Part shown: one piece after another, positions 17,688 to 26,507 of the stretch
How positions within the stretch are numbered: the stretch's first letter is position 1
How the letters are laid out: every line of letters starts with the position of its first letter
Source: Nitrospinaceae bacterium
GTDB taxonomy: Bacteria; Nitrospinota; Nitrospinia; Nitrospinales; VA-1
Direction: 5' to 3'
Assembly (NCBI GenBank): GCA_029937635.1
Contig: JAPYPM010000004.1
Location: 1 to 26,507, forward strand
Length of the DNA: 26,507 bases
Notes under the pieces: generated by a model
Told to the model about the DNA's origin: nothing
Database searches by the model: none
The model's input: only the letters and a program-made list of their open reading frames with translations
Position numbers and translations under genes: made by a program

Positions 17688-18905
17688 TTAAGTTGTATAT
17701 TCAGCATTAATGCGAACGTAATCATAAGATAAATCGCAGGTGTAAACCTCGTCTGAGTAGATACCTGATTTAAGGTCGATACAAATAAAAATATTTTTGC
17801 TCTTCATTTTTTTACGAAGGGTTGACTTTAAAGACGATTTTTCGGGCATTCCATTGTTGAAAAGAACAGAATCATTGAGTGAAATTTTAATCTTATTTGG
17901 ATTGAAAGGTACCCCTGAAGAACCTACTGCAGCAATAATTCTTCCCCAGTTTGGATCTTGTCCAAACAAGGCAGTTTTAACTAATAATGAGGTTGCTATT
18001 GATTTAGCGACCACATGGGCATGAGTTTTTACTTTGACACCATGTACTCGAATTGTGACAAATTTAGTGGCCCCTTCTCCATCAAGTACAATTTTATGCG
18101 CTAGATATAAACATAGCTCTGTTAATTTATCGACAAACTTTCTGTAAGCAGGACTACCCGCTCGAATACTTATATTTTTAGCTTTGCCATTTGCTAACAG
18201 TAGAGCCATATCATTGGTACTTATATCTCCATCTACTGTGATACGATTGAAAGTTTTATTATTTGCTTCTTTAAGAGCAAGACCGAGCGTTCTTTTATCA
18301 ATGGCTGCATCTGTGGCAATGAACGCCAACATTGTAGCCATATTCGGATGAATCATTCCAGACCCTTTGGCAATGCCACCCATAGTTATTTTATGTTTTC
18401 CGACATAGAAACTTAGCGATTTAAATTTTGGGGCTAAGTCGGTAGTCATAATTGCTTCAGCTGACTGAGCCCATCCCATAGGAGATAAATTTCTGGATAG
18501 AATTGGTAGGGATTGTACAATTTTATTTATTGGTAAAGGGACACCTATGATACCTGTTGATGCAATAAAAATTTCTTTGGGGTCAACCAAAAGATTCTTT
18601 GAAAGTTTTGAGGCCAAAGATTGACAGTCTTTCATCCCCTTTGGCCCTGTGCAAGCATTGGCATTCCCACTATTAATCACGATAGCTCGAAATTTTTTAG
18701 AACTTTTAAGAATTTGTTGGCACCAGGTTATGGTGGGCGAAACCACTTTGTTTGATGTGAAGACACCTGCACCAACAGAAGGCTCTTCAGAAAAAATTAA
18801 AGCGAGATCTTTTTTTTTGTTAGTTTTGATTCCACAGAAAATACCGGCAGTACTAAATCCTGGGATTCGAAAACCACGGCTTAAAGATTCTTTTTTCATA
18901 GTCAA
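17688..18905 (-). CDS. argJ: Bifunctional ornithine acetyltransferase / N-acetylglutamate synthase
   Basis: NSGNANACTG, ASTGIIG, AIMTTD, GIAKGSGMIHPNMATML (autocleavage Thr), VDGDISTND, DGEGATKF, DPNWGRI, YVRINAEYTT. The track start at 18905 is TTG; ATG at 18899 is an alternative start. Confidence 0.96.
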   Translation of the reverse strand: MTMKKESLSRGFRIPGFSTAGIFCGIKTNKKKDLALIFSEEPSVGAGVFTSNKVVSPTITWCQQILKSSKKFRAIVINSGNANACTGPKGMKDCQSLASKLSKNLLVDPKEIFIASTGIIGVPLPINKIVQSLPILSRNLSPMGWAQSAEAIMTTDLAPKFKSLSFYVGKHKITMGGIAKGSGMIHPNMATMLAFIATDAAIDKRTLGLALKEANNKTFNRITVDGDISTNDMALLLANGKAKNISIRAGSPAYRKFVDKLTELCLYLAHKIVLDGEGATKFVTIRVHGVKVKTHAHVVAKSIATSLLVKTALFGQDPNWGRIIAAVGSSGVPFNPNKIKISLNDSVLFNNGMPEKSSLKSTLRKKMKSKNIFICIDLKSGIYSDEVYTCDLSYDYVRINAEYTT

Positions 18906-18910
18906 TATAT

Positions 18911-19948
18911 CTAGGGGAAAATACCAGGAAAATTAAGTCCGGTTGTTTCTGAAATCCCTAGCATGAGGTTCATATTTTGCACAGCTTGACCAGAGGCACC
19001 TTTTATCAAATTATCAATGGCGCTTGTGATGATGGCCCTTTGGTTGCGTTTATCAACATGTACACCGATATCACAAAAATTTGAGGATACTGTGAAATGG
19101 GAGTTGGCATACTCTCCTAATGGGAGTATTCGAACAAATGGCTCATCTTTGTAAAATTTCTGAAAATACTCAATAAGGTTTTCAGAAGACATATCTTGTT
19201 TTAAATTGATATAAACCGTGCTTAGCATTCCTCGTGTCATTGGTACGAGGTGGGGTGAAAAAGATATCAGCACATTAGTTTTGGCTAATGCTGACAATTC
19301 TTGTTCGATTTCTGGCGTGTGTCTGTGGACAGCAATGTTATAGGCAGAAACCCCTTCATTAATTTCGGAAAACTGAGTTGCAAGAGATACCTTGCGCCCA
19401 GCACCCGAGACACCAGACTTAGAGTCTGCTATGATACTGGATAAATCGACCCAGTCTTCAGTTACTAAGGGGGCAAGGGCGAGAGTTATACTTGTTGGAT
19501 AGCAACCTGGGTTGGCTACCAGACGTGCAGATTTTATTTTTTCTCGATGTATCTCCGGTAAACCATAGACTGCCTCTTTTAATAGCGCTGGTTGATTGTG
19601 TGGAAACGAGTACCAGTCCTTAAAAACAGTTGGATCTTTTAACCGGTAATCAGCGCTCAGATCGATGACCTTGGTGTCCCTACTTAAAAAAATTGGTACC
19701 GGGTCCATAGAGGTTGTATGAGGGAGAGCAAGAAAAACAAGATCGCAAGCCTCGCTGGATACAGACTCAATTGATGATAGCTTTGTGTCGAGAACTCCCC
19801 TGATTGAAGGAAAGACTTTCGAGATATCTTCGCCTTGATAGGTTTCAGAGGTGAGAAAAACGATTTCGATATTCGGATGATTTGTGAGCAAGCGAAGTAG
19901 CTCAAATCCGGTATAGCCACTGGCACCTGCGATACCAATTTTTGCCAT
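18911..19948 (-). CDS. argC: N-acetyl-gamma-glutamyl-phosphate reductase
   Basis: IAGASGYTG, FLALPH, IDLSADYR, AVYGLPE, VANPGCYPT, SGVSGAGR, HRHTPEI, IDNLIKGASGQAVQNMN. AGGA precedes the ATG. Confidence 0.97.
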   Translation of the reverse strand: MAKIGIAGASGYTGFELLRLLTNHPNIEIVFLTSETYQGEDISKVFPSIRGVLDTKLSSIESVSSEACDLVFLALPHTTSMDPVPIFLSRDTKVIDLSADYRLKDPTVFKDWYSFPHNQPALLKEAVYGLPEIHREKIKSARLVANPGCYPTSITLALAPLVTEDWVDLSSIIADSKSGVSGAGRKVSLATQFSEINEGVSAYNIAVHRHTPEIEQELSALAKTNVLISFSPHLVPMTRGMLSTVYINLKQDMSSENLIEYFQKFYKDEPFVRILPLGEYANSHFTVSSNFCDIGVHVDKRNQRAIITSAIDNLIKGASGQAVQNMNLMLGISETTGLNFPGIFP

Positions 19949-20128
19949 AGAATTTCCTATAGAAAATAGCTACCTTTAATTCTTTTGCAAGTCTTCAAAA
20001 TAAAGGGAAGAATACCAGCGCTATTTTAGTATTGAACGATTTAATATAATAGCTGAAAAGTGATTTTTGGGTAGTATTTTTTCTGGAAACGCTTCGGTGA
20101 TCAGAATAGACAATGGGAATTAAATTTA

Positions 20129-20527
20129 TTAACGTTTGGAAAACTGGAAACGTTTACGAGCACCAGGTCTGCCATATTTTTTTCGTTCGACAACACGTGC
20201 GTCACGTGTGAGGAAGCCTCCTCTTTTCAGAGCTGCACGATGTTCGGAATCAGCTTCTAGTAGAGCTCGGGATACGCCTAGACGGAATGCCCCAGCTTGT
20301 CCCGAGATACCACCACCAATAACTGTAGCGTTGATATCGTAAGACTCTGTTGTGTTGGTGCAAGTCAATGGTTGTTTAACATTCATGACTAGAGAATCAC
20401 GCATAAAATATTCTTTGACTTCTTTAGAGTTTACAGTAATTTTACCAGAGCCAGACTGGATCCATACCTTGGCTATAGCTCGTTTGCGTCTACCCGTTGC
20501 GTAAAACTTTTCACCGATGTTTCCCAT
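20129..20527 (-). CDS. rpsI: 30S ribosomal protein S9
   Basis: [47 protein letters not shown]. Confidence 0.98.
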   Translation of the reverse strand: MGNIGEKFYATGRRKRAIAKVWIQSGSGKITVNSKEVKEYFMRDSLVMNVKQPLTCTNTTESYDINATVIGGGISGQAGAFRLGVSRALLEADSEHRAALKRGGFLTRDARVVERKKYGRPGARKRFQFSKR

Positions 20528-20592
20528 AATTTATATTTCCGTGTATTTTTATTAATTAAATTTAGTTATTGAATATTACCGATCGCTACACT

Positions 20593-21021
20593 TTATATAG
20601 AGATTGTCTCTGGGTTTTGCGCAGTGTGGGGATGTTCGTTATCGTCATAAACGCGAAAATTACCAGCCAGTACTCTTCCTAGTCGATTTTTTGGCAACAT
20701 ACCTTGGATAGCATTTTTAAGTAGACTAGAGGGTTTTTTTTCCCTCATTTCTTTGGCTGTTGCTGATTTTATCCCACCAGGGAATCCAGTGTGGTGGTAA
20801 TAAATTTTTTGATCCCATTTTTTACCAGTTAGTTTAACCTTAGAGGCATTAATTATGATCACATTGTCACCACAGTCAACATGTGGAGTAAATGTAGGTT
20901 TAGTTTTTCCACGGATGATGGCTGCAACCTTTGTCGCGACACGACCCAAAACCTTATCAGAAGCGTCTATAACAACCCACTTTTTATCTACAGTATTCGC
21001 ATTCAAAGAAATCGTTTTCAT
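20593..21021 (-). CDS. rplM: 50S ribosomal protein L13
   Basis: WVVIDA, LGRVAT, RGKTKPTFTPHVDCGD, YYHHTGFPGGIK, GMLPKNRLG, HPHTAQNP. Confidence 0.98.
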   Translation of the reverse strand: MKTISLNANTVDKKWVVIDASDKVLGRVATKVAAIIRGKTKPTFTPHVDCGDNVIIINASKVKLTGKKWDQKIYYHHTGFPGGIKSATAKEMREKKPSSLLKNAIQGMLPKNRLGRVLAGNFRVYDDNEHPHTAQNPETISI

Positions 21022-21075
21022 AAGCTCAGTGGCTTGATTTAATAGGGGATTTTAAAGTAAATATGGAAGAGAGCT

Positions 21076-21104
21076 ATACTAGATAAATTAAGGCGTAATG
21101 TCAA
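21076..21104 (-). promoter_or_regulatory. Sigma70-type promoter for rplM-rpsI
   Basis: Minus strand TTGACA (21104-21099), 17-nt spacer, TAGTAT (21081-21076), 54 nt upstream of the rplM ATG. Confidence 0.7.
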
Positions 21105-21384
21105 CTGGTTTCATAATGTTTCAAAGTATTTTTTCTACATTATATAATTAATACTCCCATAATCATAATAAACAGGCCAATCCATAAAGACTTTATTTTT
21201 TAGTTTAATTCAGCTATTTTAGCCATTCTAAACAGCATTTTCTATACTTTTATCTGCCTGTGAGCATTATTTAATGTATTTTGGGTATTTAATATCAATG
21301 ACATACTGAGATAGCTTTAAATTTTATTAATGATTTTTCGATCTCTCCTTGCATACAGTGGCTTAAAATCAAGAAAATACCTTT

Positions 21385-23277
21385 ATGAATTTTGATGAAC
21401 GATTAGATTTAGCAATCAATAAATCACGCAATTTTATGTTATCCAGGCAAACAGAAGAGGGTTACTGGGTCGACGAATTAGAGTCCAACGCTACCATTAC
21501 GGCGGAACTTGTTTTTTTTATGCACTTTACCGAAACGGTCGACCTAGAAAAGCAGAAAAAAATTACCAATTACCTTCTTCATACACAAAGAGAGGATGGA
21601 AGTTGGCCTCTGTATTTTGGAGGACCTTGTGATATCAACTCTACAGTGGAATCTTACATGGCCTTAAGGCTTGCAGGCGTTTCAAAAGGACGTCCAGAAA
21701 TGATTCAAGCGCGCGAAGCAATTTTTGCAAACGGTGGCATTAAAGCTACGCGTGTGTTTACCAAAGTTTTCCTCGCTATGTTTGGCCAAATTTCCTGGAG
21801 TGTTTGTCCCTCTGTTCCGGTAGAGATTATTCTGCTTAAAAATTGGTTTCCTCTAAATATTTATGAGATGTCCAGTTGGTCTCGCGGTACGGTGGTCCCG
21901 CTTTCGATCGTTATTAGCCATAAACCAGTGTGTCATCTTCCTAAAGGAAATGATTTTAAAGAGCTATTTACTAGTGGTGACTCGGAGTTAGGTTTTGAAT
22001 CGGACGGACTAGTTTTTAGTTCTTGGAGAAATTTTTTTATCAATCTGGACAAAGTTATAAAGTTCATTGGTAGATCGCCGTGGAAACCTTTTCGTAAAAT
22101 AGCTCTTAAAAGGGCTCTTAGTTGGGTTATTGAACATCAAGAAGAACAAGGAGACTTCTCTGGAATTCAGCCGGCAATGCTCAATTCTTTATTAGCCTAT
22201 CATTATGAGGGAATTTCTAAGAATGATCCAAAGTGGGTTAAGGGATTGGAAGCGGTAGAAAGATTCTTAATAAACAAGAAAGAGGGCACGCTTATGCAAG
22301 CTTGTGTTTCTCCGCTATGGGATACTGCCATAGCGGCTAATGCTCTTTGTGATTCTGGAATGTCTACAGATCATCCGGCTTTGGTAAAAGCAGCCAAATG
22401 GATTCTGAGTAAACAGGTAGTTAAAAAGGGAGATTGGGCCATTAAAAACCCTAAGGTAGAACCCGGTGGCTGGGCTTTCGAGTTTTATAACGAGCTTTAT
22501 CCGGACTGTGATGATACGGCGGAGATTCTTATTTTTCTTAACCGAATAACATTACCGGATTCTTATCAAAAATTGCAAGAATCGAGGAAAGCGACCTCAT
22601 GGTTACTTAGTATGCAATGTCAGTCCGGTGGTTGGGCAGCGTTTGACATAAATAATGAACAGGAAATTCTAAATCAAGTCCCATTTGCAGACCATGGTGC
22701 CATGCTAGATCAGCCATCGGCAGATGTGAGCGGGCGCGTTTTGTGGTTACTTGGCCAACTTGGCTTCAAAAATAATCACCCAAAAGTTAAAAGAGTTATT
22801 AATTTTCTAAAAGCAAAGCAAGAAAGTAATGGGTCTTGGTGGGGTCGTTGGGGAGTCAACTATATTTATGGAAGTTGGTTAGCTCTTACTGGTCTTGCTT
22901 CCATCGGCGAAGATATGAGTCAGCCATATGTTTGTCGCTCGATGAAATGGTTTGAAGATCATCAAAATAAAGACGGCGGTTGGGGAGAAACTTGCGAAAG
23001 TTATAAAATTCCATCATTAGCAGGAAAAGGTAATAGTACAGTTTCGCAAACAGCTTGGGCTGTGATGGGGATGATTGCCGGTGGGGAGGAAGAAAGTTTG
23101 GTTGTTAAGCGTGGTATAGAGTTTTTATTGAATAAACAAGAGCCCCACGGGTCGTGGCAGGAAGATGAGTTTACGGGAACGGGATTTCCCATTCACTTCT
23201 TTATTAAATACCATATGTATCAGCACTTCTTCCCGCTTATGGCCCTTGGAAGGTATCGCTCCGTCCTTAAACCTTAA
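21385..23277 (+). CDS. shc: Squalene-hopene cyclase
   Basis: Protonating motif YPDCDDTA, GGWAFE, QW repeats (QTEEGYW, QREDGSW, QCQSGGW, QESNGSW, QNKDGGW, QEPHGSW), WGVNYIYG, FTGTGFP..F..YHMY. Confidence 0.96.
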   Translation: MNFDERLDLAINKSRNFMLSRQTEEGYWVDELESNATITAELVFFMHFTETVDLEKQKKITNYLLHTQREDGSWPLYFGGPCDINSTVESYMALRLAGVSKGRPEMIQAREAIFANGGIKATRVFTKVFLAMFGQISWSVCPSVPVEIILLKNWFPLNIYEMSSWSRGTVVPLSIVISHKPVCHLPKGNDFKELFTSGDSELGFESDGLVFSSWRNFFINLDKVIKFIGRSPWKPFRKIALKRALSWVIEHQEEQGDFSGIQPAMLNSLLAYHYEGISKNDPKWVKGLEAVERFLINKKEGTLMQACVSPLWDTAIAANALCDSGMSTDHPALVKAAKWILSKQVVKKGDWAIKNPKVEPGGWAFEFYNELYPDCDDTAEILIFLNRITLPDSYQKLQESRKATSWLLSMQCQSGGWAAFDINNEQEILNQVPFADHGAMLDQPSADVSGRVLWLLGQLGFKNNHPKVKRVINFLKAKQESNGSWWGRWGVNYIYGSWLALTGLASIGEDMSQPYVCRSMKWFEDHQNKDGGWGETCESYKIPSLAGKGNSTVSQTAWAVMGMIAGGEEESLVVKRGIEFLLNKQEPHGSWQEDEFTGTGFPIHFFIKYHMYQHFFPLMALGRYRSVLKP

Positions 23278-23350
23278 ATTTTTTAAAACTATCCCCTTGC
23301 TAATATCATTATGATGTATATTGGCGTGAGTTAGGCATAAATGAAAATAG

Positions 23351-23923
23351 TTAATGCTGTCTAAGCATCTCGACTGCAAATCTAGTACGCTTGATATGCT
23401 GTGTAGCTGATGAGATCACTTCACCTGTACCGACATCGGTTAGGGTAAGATGCATATCAATATTGGTACCTAGATCTGTGATTTTTCCTGTTAGAATCGC
23501 TTGAGAATTCAGTGATTCACCAAGAGCCTTTAAATCTTTTTTTGCATACAAGTAGTTATGCTGCAGATTAAGTTGCTGCAAAATTTCGTTGACCTCGCCT
23601 TTTTGAGTGACGTGAAAAATACGGTCTTGAAACAAAGTCCGATCAGTAAATGCCTCAACTATTCTGGATGAAAGGTACTCACCTAGGATAGTTGTTTGAC
23701 TTTCCTCATCAACAAAGTCCATAACGGTAATTTTGTTGATTTCGTACTCCTCAATATCTTTGGCTATTTTACTTGTTAAACTTTCTGATTTTCCTTGATA
23801 GTAACTCGAATCGGTTTGGGTTCGAAAAATCTTTGACCAAGAATCAATAGGATCAACTCGAAGCGAACATGCCGAAAAAACGATAAAAAAAAGGATAGGA
23901 TAAAATATTCTGTAATTTTTCAT
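23351..23923 (-). CDS. FlgO/CsgG-HfaB-like outer-membrane lipoprotein
   Basis: Likely start MKNY at 23923 (track start 23971 is TTG). Signal peptide ends in FSA-C19. Pattern ITVMDFVD...LGEYLSSRI...LGESLNSQAILTGKITD...LTLTDVGTGEVISSA is typical of this alpha/beta lipoprotein fold. Confidence 0.62.
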   Translation of the reverse strand: MKNYRIFYPILFFIVFSACSLRVDPIDSWSKIFRTQTDSSYYQGKSESLTSKIAKDIEEYEINKITVMDFVDEESQTTILGEYLSSRIVEAFTDRTLFQDRIFHVTQKGEVNEILQQLNLQHNYLYAKKDLKALGESLNSQAILTGKITDLGTNIDMHLTLTDVGTGEVISSATQHIKRTRFAVEMLRQH

Positions 23924-24436
23924 ATAGACTTTTCTCATTGATATCAAATGGTATATCGTAATATTAAGCAAATCTCTAAAGGTTTTATTCCGAAATTCAT
24001 GTACAGAATCAAAGTTTTTTAAGAATATTTTGTAAAACCTTATGATTAGGGAAATTAAAAGGGTTCATATACCTCCATGAATAAAAAAAGTTTTTAAACT
24101 ATAAAAATATTTCGGGTAATAATTTTCATTATTAAATATTAAAAGAACATTCCTTGCTTGGTATATTATGAATTCCTCTTTGGTAGGACTGATTGTTTTA
24201 GAGGAGTTTCTATAGATTCATATTACGGTTTTAGTGTCTTGGTTTGACTAACCAGAACTGAAGACGGGCAGAAAAAATTCATAAGTTTGTATTGGTCTGG
24301 ATTAGGTTATGTAATCTTCATCAATAGTATACTCCATGATGCATTGAAAAAATAAGGACTTTTCTGGAATCCTTTTAGGATTTAGGGTATAAAGTGGGTA
24401 AAAATAAAATCATTTAAATATTTTTAAAAGTATTTC

Positions 24437-25276
24437 ATGAAAATTTGGTTTGCTATTTTCACAGTCTATTTAATGTCCATGACGGTTTTAATTGCGTGTG
24501 ATGGTGGGGAGGAAGTGAAAGGTCCAGTTATTCAACCAAAGAAAGAATCCACATGGGTTCGCACGGAGAAAGTGCAAATAACTAAGGAGGAAGTTTTCTC
24601 GAATTCTAAAAAAGTTTTAGCGAAAATTCCTATTAATTCTTCTTTAATTGAAAAAATTAATACGAAAAAATTTAGTTCATATGTGGCGATAGATAAAACT
24701 TCATGTCTAGATAGATTCGATTCATTGGACTTAAGGCGAACTTTAGTTCAAAAATTTGGAGGTATGTGGGGTGCATTTGAAAGGAATGAAGATTCAAAAT
24801 CTTACTCTTTTCACGGAATGCAACTCGATAGCAATATAAATAAAATTATTTTTAGCTTAGGGTACCTGTGTAAAACCTCAGAAGGGGTTCCTTTAAATAA
24901 TGTGGCCATTGAATTTAAAAAATTGCTACAAGACTATGGACTTGACGAGACAAAAAAAATATTGCTTTCCCGTGGAGAACATCCTAAGGATATTGAAAAT
25001 TATCTCAATTATGAGGAGTTTGCTCGTAAGATAAGTGCGCGAAAAATAGATTATAAAATGATTAATTCTCGTCTGGATAAAGCAGAACGTCTAATATATT
25101 TTTATGAAGATTTTTATAAAAAATCGATAAAAAAACAAGCTGTAGATGAGTTTCTCTCTAACACTGCTACTTTGTTAAAAATAACGAATGAATTTATTCA
25201 GACTGATCAGCTAATGGCTATGGTTTTAAATGAAGATAGGTTAGTTCCTTATAACCATATCGACCAGGATATGTAA
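24437..25276 (+). CDS. Hypothetical lipoprotein
   Basis: 279-aa ORF with basic-hydrophobic N-terminus and lipobox LIA-C21. No family recognised. Confidence 0.7.
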   Translation: MKIWFAIFTVYLMSMTVLIACDGGEEVKGPVIQPKKESTWVRTEKVQITKEEVFSNSKKVLAKIPINSSLIEKINTKKFSSYVAIDKTSCLDRFDSLDLRRTLVQKFGGMWGAFERNEDSKSYSFHGMQLDSNINKIIFSLGYLCKTSEGVPLNNVAIEFKKLLQDYGLDETKKILLSRGEHPKDIENYLNYEEFARKISARKIDYKMINSRLDKAERLIYFYEDFYKKSIKKQAVDEFLSNTATLLKITNEFIQTDQLMAMVLNEDRLVPYNHIDQDM

Positions 25277-25339
25277 CTTTCATTATAGAGCTTGTGAAGA
25301 GGCAGGTCACACAAATTTATTTATGAGATTATATGAAAC

Positions 25340-25363
25340 TAGCTATTAAAAATTTAATGGCTA
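25340..25363. terminator. Possible weak bidirectional terminator hairpin between the convergent lipoprotein and lon genes
   Basis: tagctattaaa-aa-tttaatggcta: 11-bp inverted repeat with one G.T pair, 3 nt from the lon stop. AT-rich stem and no good U-tract. Confidence 0.3.
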
Positions 25364-25366
25364 AAG

Positions 25367-26507
25367 CTAGTTTAGTGTAGATACAGATTGTTGGCGAGAA
25401 TTTTCTTGCTGTTTTTTTGTTTTAGGTAGTTTTAGTCTAGGGTTTATTTTTTTGTCAAAAGCATGTTTCATAGCCTCATCAATATTAGAGACTGGATAAA
25501 ATTTCATTTTCTTTTTAATTTTGTCCGGAATTTCAGAGATGTCTTTTTCATTTTCTTTCGGCAAAATAATTTTCAAAATTCCCTCTCGATAGGCAGCCAG
25601 ACATTTTTCTTTGAGTCCACCAATGGGTAAAACCTTTCCAGTTAATGTTAGTTCCCCAGTCATTGCAACATCGTGTCGCAGAGGGTTGTTTGTTAAGGCC
25701 GATACCATTGCAATAGCCATGGTTATTCCTGCTGAGGGCCCATCTTTAGGGACGGCCCCTTCGGGGATATGTATATGGATATCAGTTTTCTGATAGAAGT
25801 CATTTTCAAGCCCAAAACCTTTCGCTCGAGATCGAACATAGCTAAGAGCTGCGTGAGCAGATTCTTTCATTACATCTCCTAGCTTACCTGTAGGCGAAAG
25901 TTTTCCGCTACCAGATAAAACAGTTACCTCGATAGATAAAAGTTCTCCTCCAACTTCTGTCCAAGCTAAGCCTGTGGCGACACCAGCTGGGAGGGGTTTC
26001 TTAATGGACAAGCGTTGAAATTTCAAAACACCTAAAAACTTTTCAATGTCTTTAGTTTCTATTTTATTTGAATAGGATTTTCCCTTATCTACAACTATTC
26101 TGGCGATCTTGCGACATATGGTAGCTATTTCTCGTTCTAAGTTACGAACTCCTGATTCTCGAGTATAATTTTCCACAATTTGGGATAGAATTTTTTTTGT
26201 AAACGTAACATTTTTTTTAGTTAGCCCGTGTTCTTGTATTTTTTTAGGAATAAGAAACTTTTCAGCAATACCTACTTTTTCTTCGTCCATATAACCATGC
26301 AATCGGATTACCTCCATTCGATCTAAAAGGGGTTTTGGTATGGTATGGGTAACGTTGGCGGTACAGATAAAAAGTACTTGTGAAAGGTCGTAATCTGCCT
26401 CAAGGTAATGATCGTTGAAGGACGAATTTTGTTCTGGATCTAGTACTTCTAATAACGCAGAGGAAGGGTCACCACGAAAATCAGAATTCATTTTATCAAC
26501 TTCATCC
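25367..26507 (-). CDS. lon: Lon ATP-dependent protease (5'-truncated by the window edge)
   Basis: Frame is open to the edge ([27 protein letters not shown], Walker B region). [30 protein letters not shown], catalytic PKDGPSAG and IGGLKEK. Confidence 0.98.
   Translation of the reverse strand, partial: DEVDKMNSDFRGDPSSALLEVLDPEQNSSFNDHYLEADYDLSQVLFICTANVTHTIPKPLLDRMEVIRLHGYMDEEKVGIAEKFLIPKKIQEHGLTKKNVTFTKKILSQIVENYTRESGVRNLEREIATICRKIARIVVDKGKSYSNKIETKDIEKFLGVLKFQRLSIKKPLPAGVATGLAWTEVGGELLSIEVTVLSGSGKLSPTGKLGDVMKESAHAALSYVRSRAKGFGLENDFYQKTDIHIHIPEGAVPKDGPSAGITMAIAMVSALTNNPLRHDVAMTGELTLTGKVLPIGGLKEKCLAAYREGILKIILPKENEKDISEIPDKIKKKMKFYPVSNIDEAMKHAFDKKINPRLKLPKTKKQQENSRQQSVSTLN

Noticed and set aside
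5000-19000. T8-T9 homopolymer runs in cimA, hldE, the UDP-GlcA decarboxylase gene and argJ as phase-variation sites
   Set aside because: All frames are intact, the runs encode Lys-rich stretches, and such runs are expected at this base composition.
20081-20106. Hairpin with a C(UUCG)G tetraloop on the plus strand downstream of rpsI
   Set aside because: The stable loop is on the strand opposite to rpsI, the stem is interrupted, and no U-tract follows on either strand.
23289-23325. Imperfect hairpin gctaat-atca-tta-tgat-gtat-attggc between shc and the lipoprotein gene
   Set aside because: Bulged AT-rich stem without a U-tract.
24009-24076. Minus-strand GGAGGT-AT-ATG followed by a 19-codon ORF (MNPFNFPNHKVLQNILKKL)
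   Set aside because: The SD-to-start spacing of 2 nt is too short and the peptide has no recognisable features.
24160-24255. Purine riboswitch call
   Set aside because: Only fragments match (AGTTTCTA, GACTA). The L2 and L3 kissing-loop sequences and the helix spacings do not. Kept only as a generic structured-RNA lead.
25292-25310. TGTGA...TCACA resembling a CRP/FNR-family site
   Set aside because: The spacer is 9 nt rather than 6, and it lies between convergent gene ends where no promoter is expected.
1358-25793. Short alternative-frame and antisense ORFs in the track (e.g. 1897-2163, 5745-6032, 9745-10098, 19684-19938, 20136-20342, 23125-23379, 25611-25793)
   Set aside because: They overlap well-supported genes, mostly antisense, and show no recognisable motifs. 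They are best explained as shadow ORFs.
1-26507. CRISPR arrays, tRNA/rRNA genes, IS elements, prophage or defence islands
   Set aside because: No regularly spaced repeats, tRNA-like cloverleaf motifs, transposase/integrase ORFs or terminal repeats were seen. The intergenic spaces are short and AT-rich.

Overview
AT-rich bacterial chromosomal window (roughly one-third G+C by eye) with 21 mostly housekeeping genes. I saw no rRNA, tRNA, CRISPR array or mobile element. Gene order: 5'-truncated glnA with a strong terminator; glnE; a minus-strand operon [ApgM/iPGM-like protein]-lysC-cimA; a stand-alone MBL-fold hydrolase; a GT-C membrane glycosyltransferase coupled to hldD; a minus-strand run def-fmt-uxs-gmhA-hldE; argC-argJ; rplM-rpsI; squalene-hopene cyclase; two divergent lipoprotein genes; 5'-truncated lon. 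Gene content and composition fit a marine Nitrospina-like organism, but that is inference only. The best candidate for an undescribed system is the 4541-8608 operon. Its first gene is an intact ApgM/proposed-homoserine-kinase-family protein in which nearly every catalytic and metal-binding residue appears substituted (a likely pseudoenzyme). It ends 4 nt before an aspartate kinase that carries a hidden in-frame second start (TAAGGAGG-N8-ATG at Met249) for a regulatory beta subunit; citramalate synthase follows. Secondary leads: a host-encoded MBL protein resembling the Apyc1-type cyclic-nucleotide phosphodiesterases, an ArnT/PMT-like GT-C enzyme overlapping hldD, and a possibly structured RNA upstream of an orphan lipoprotein. 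Family motif comparisons are from memory of consensus sequences and need alignment to confirm.
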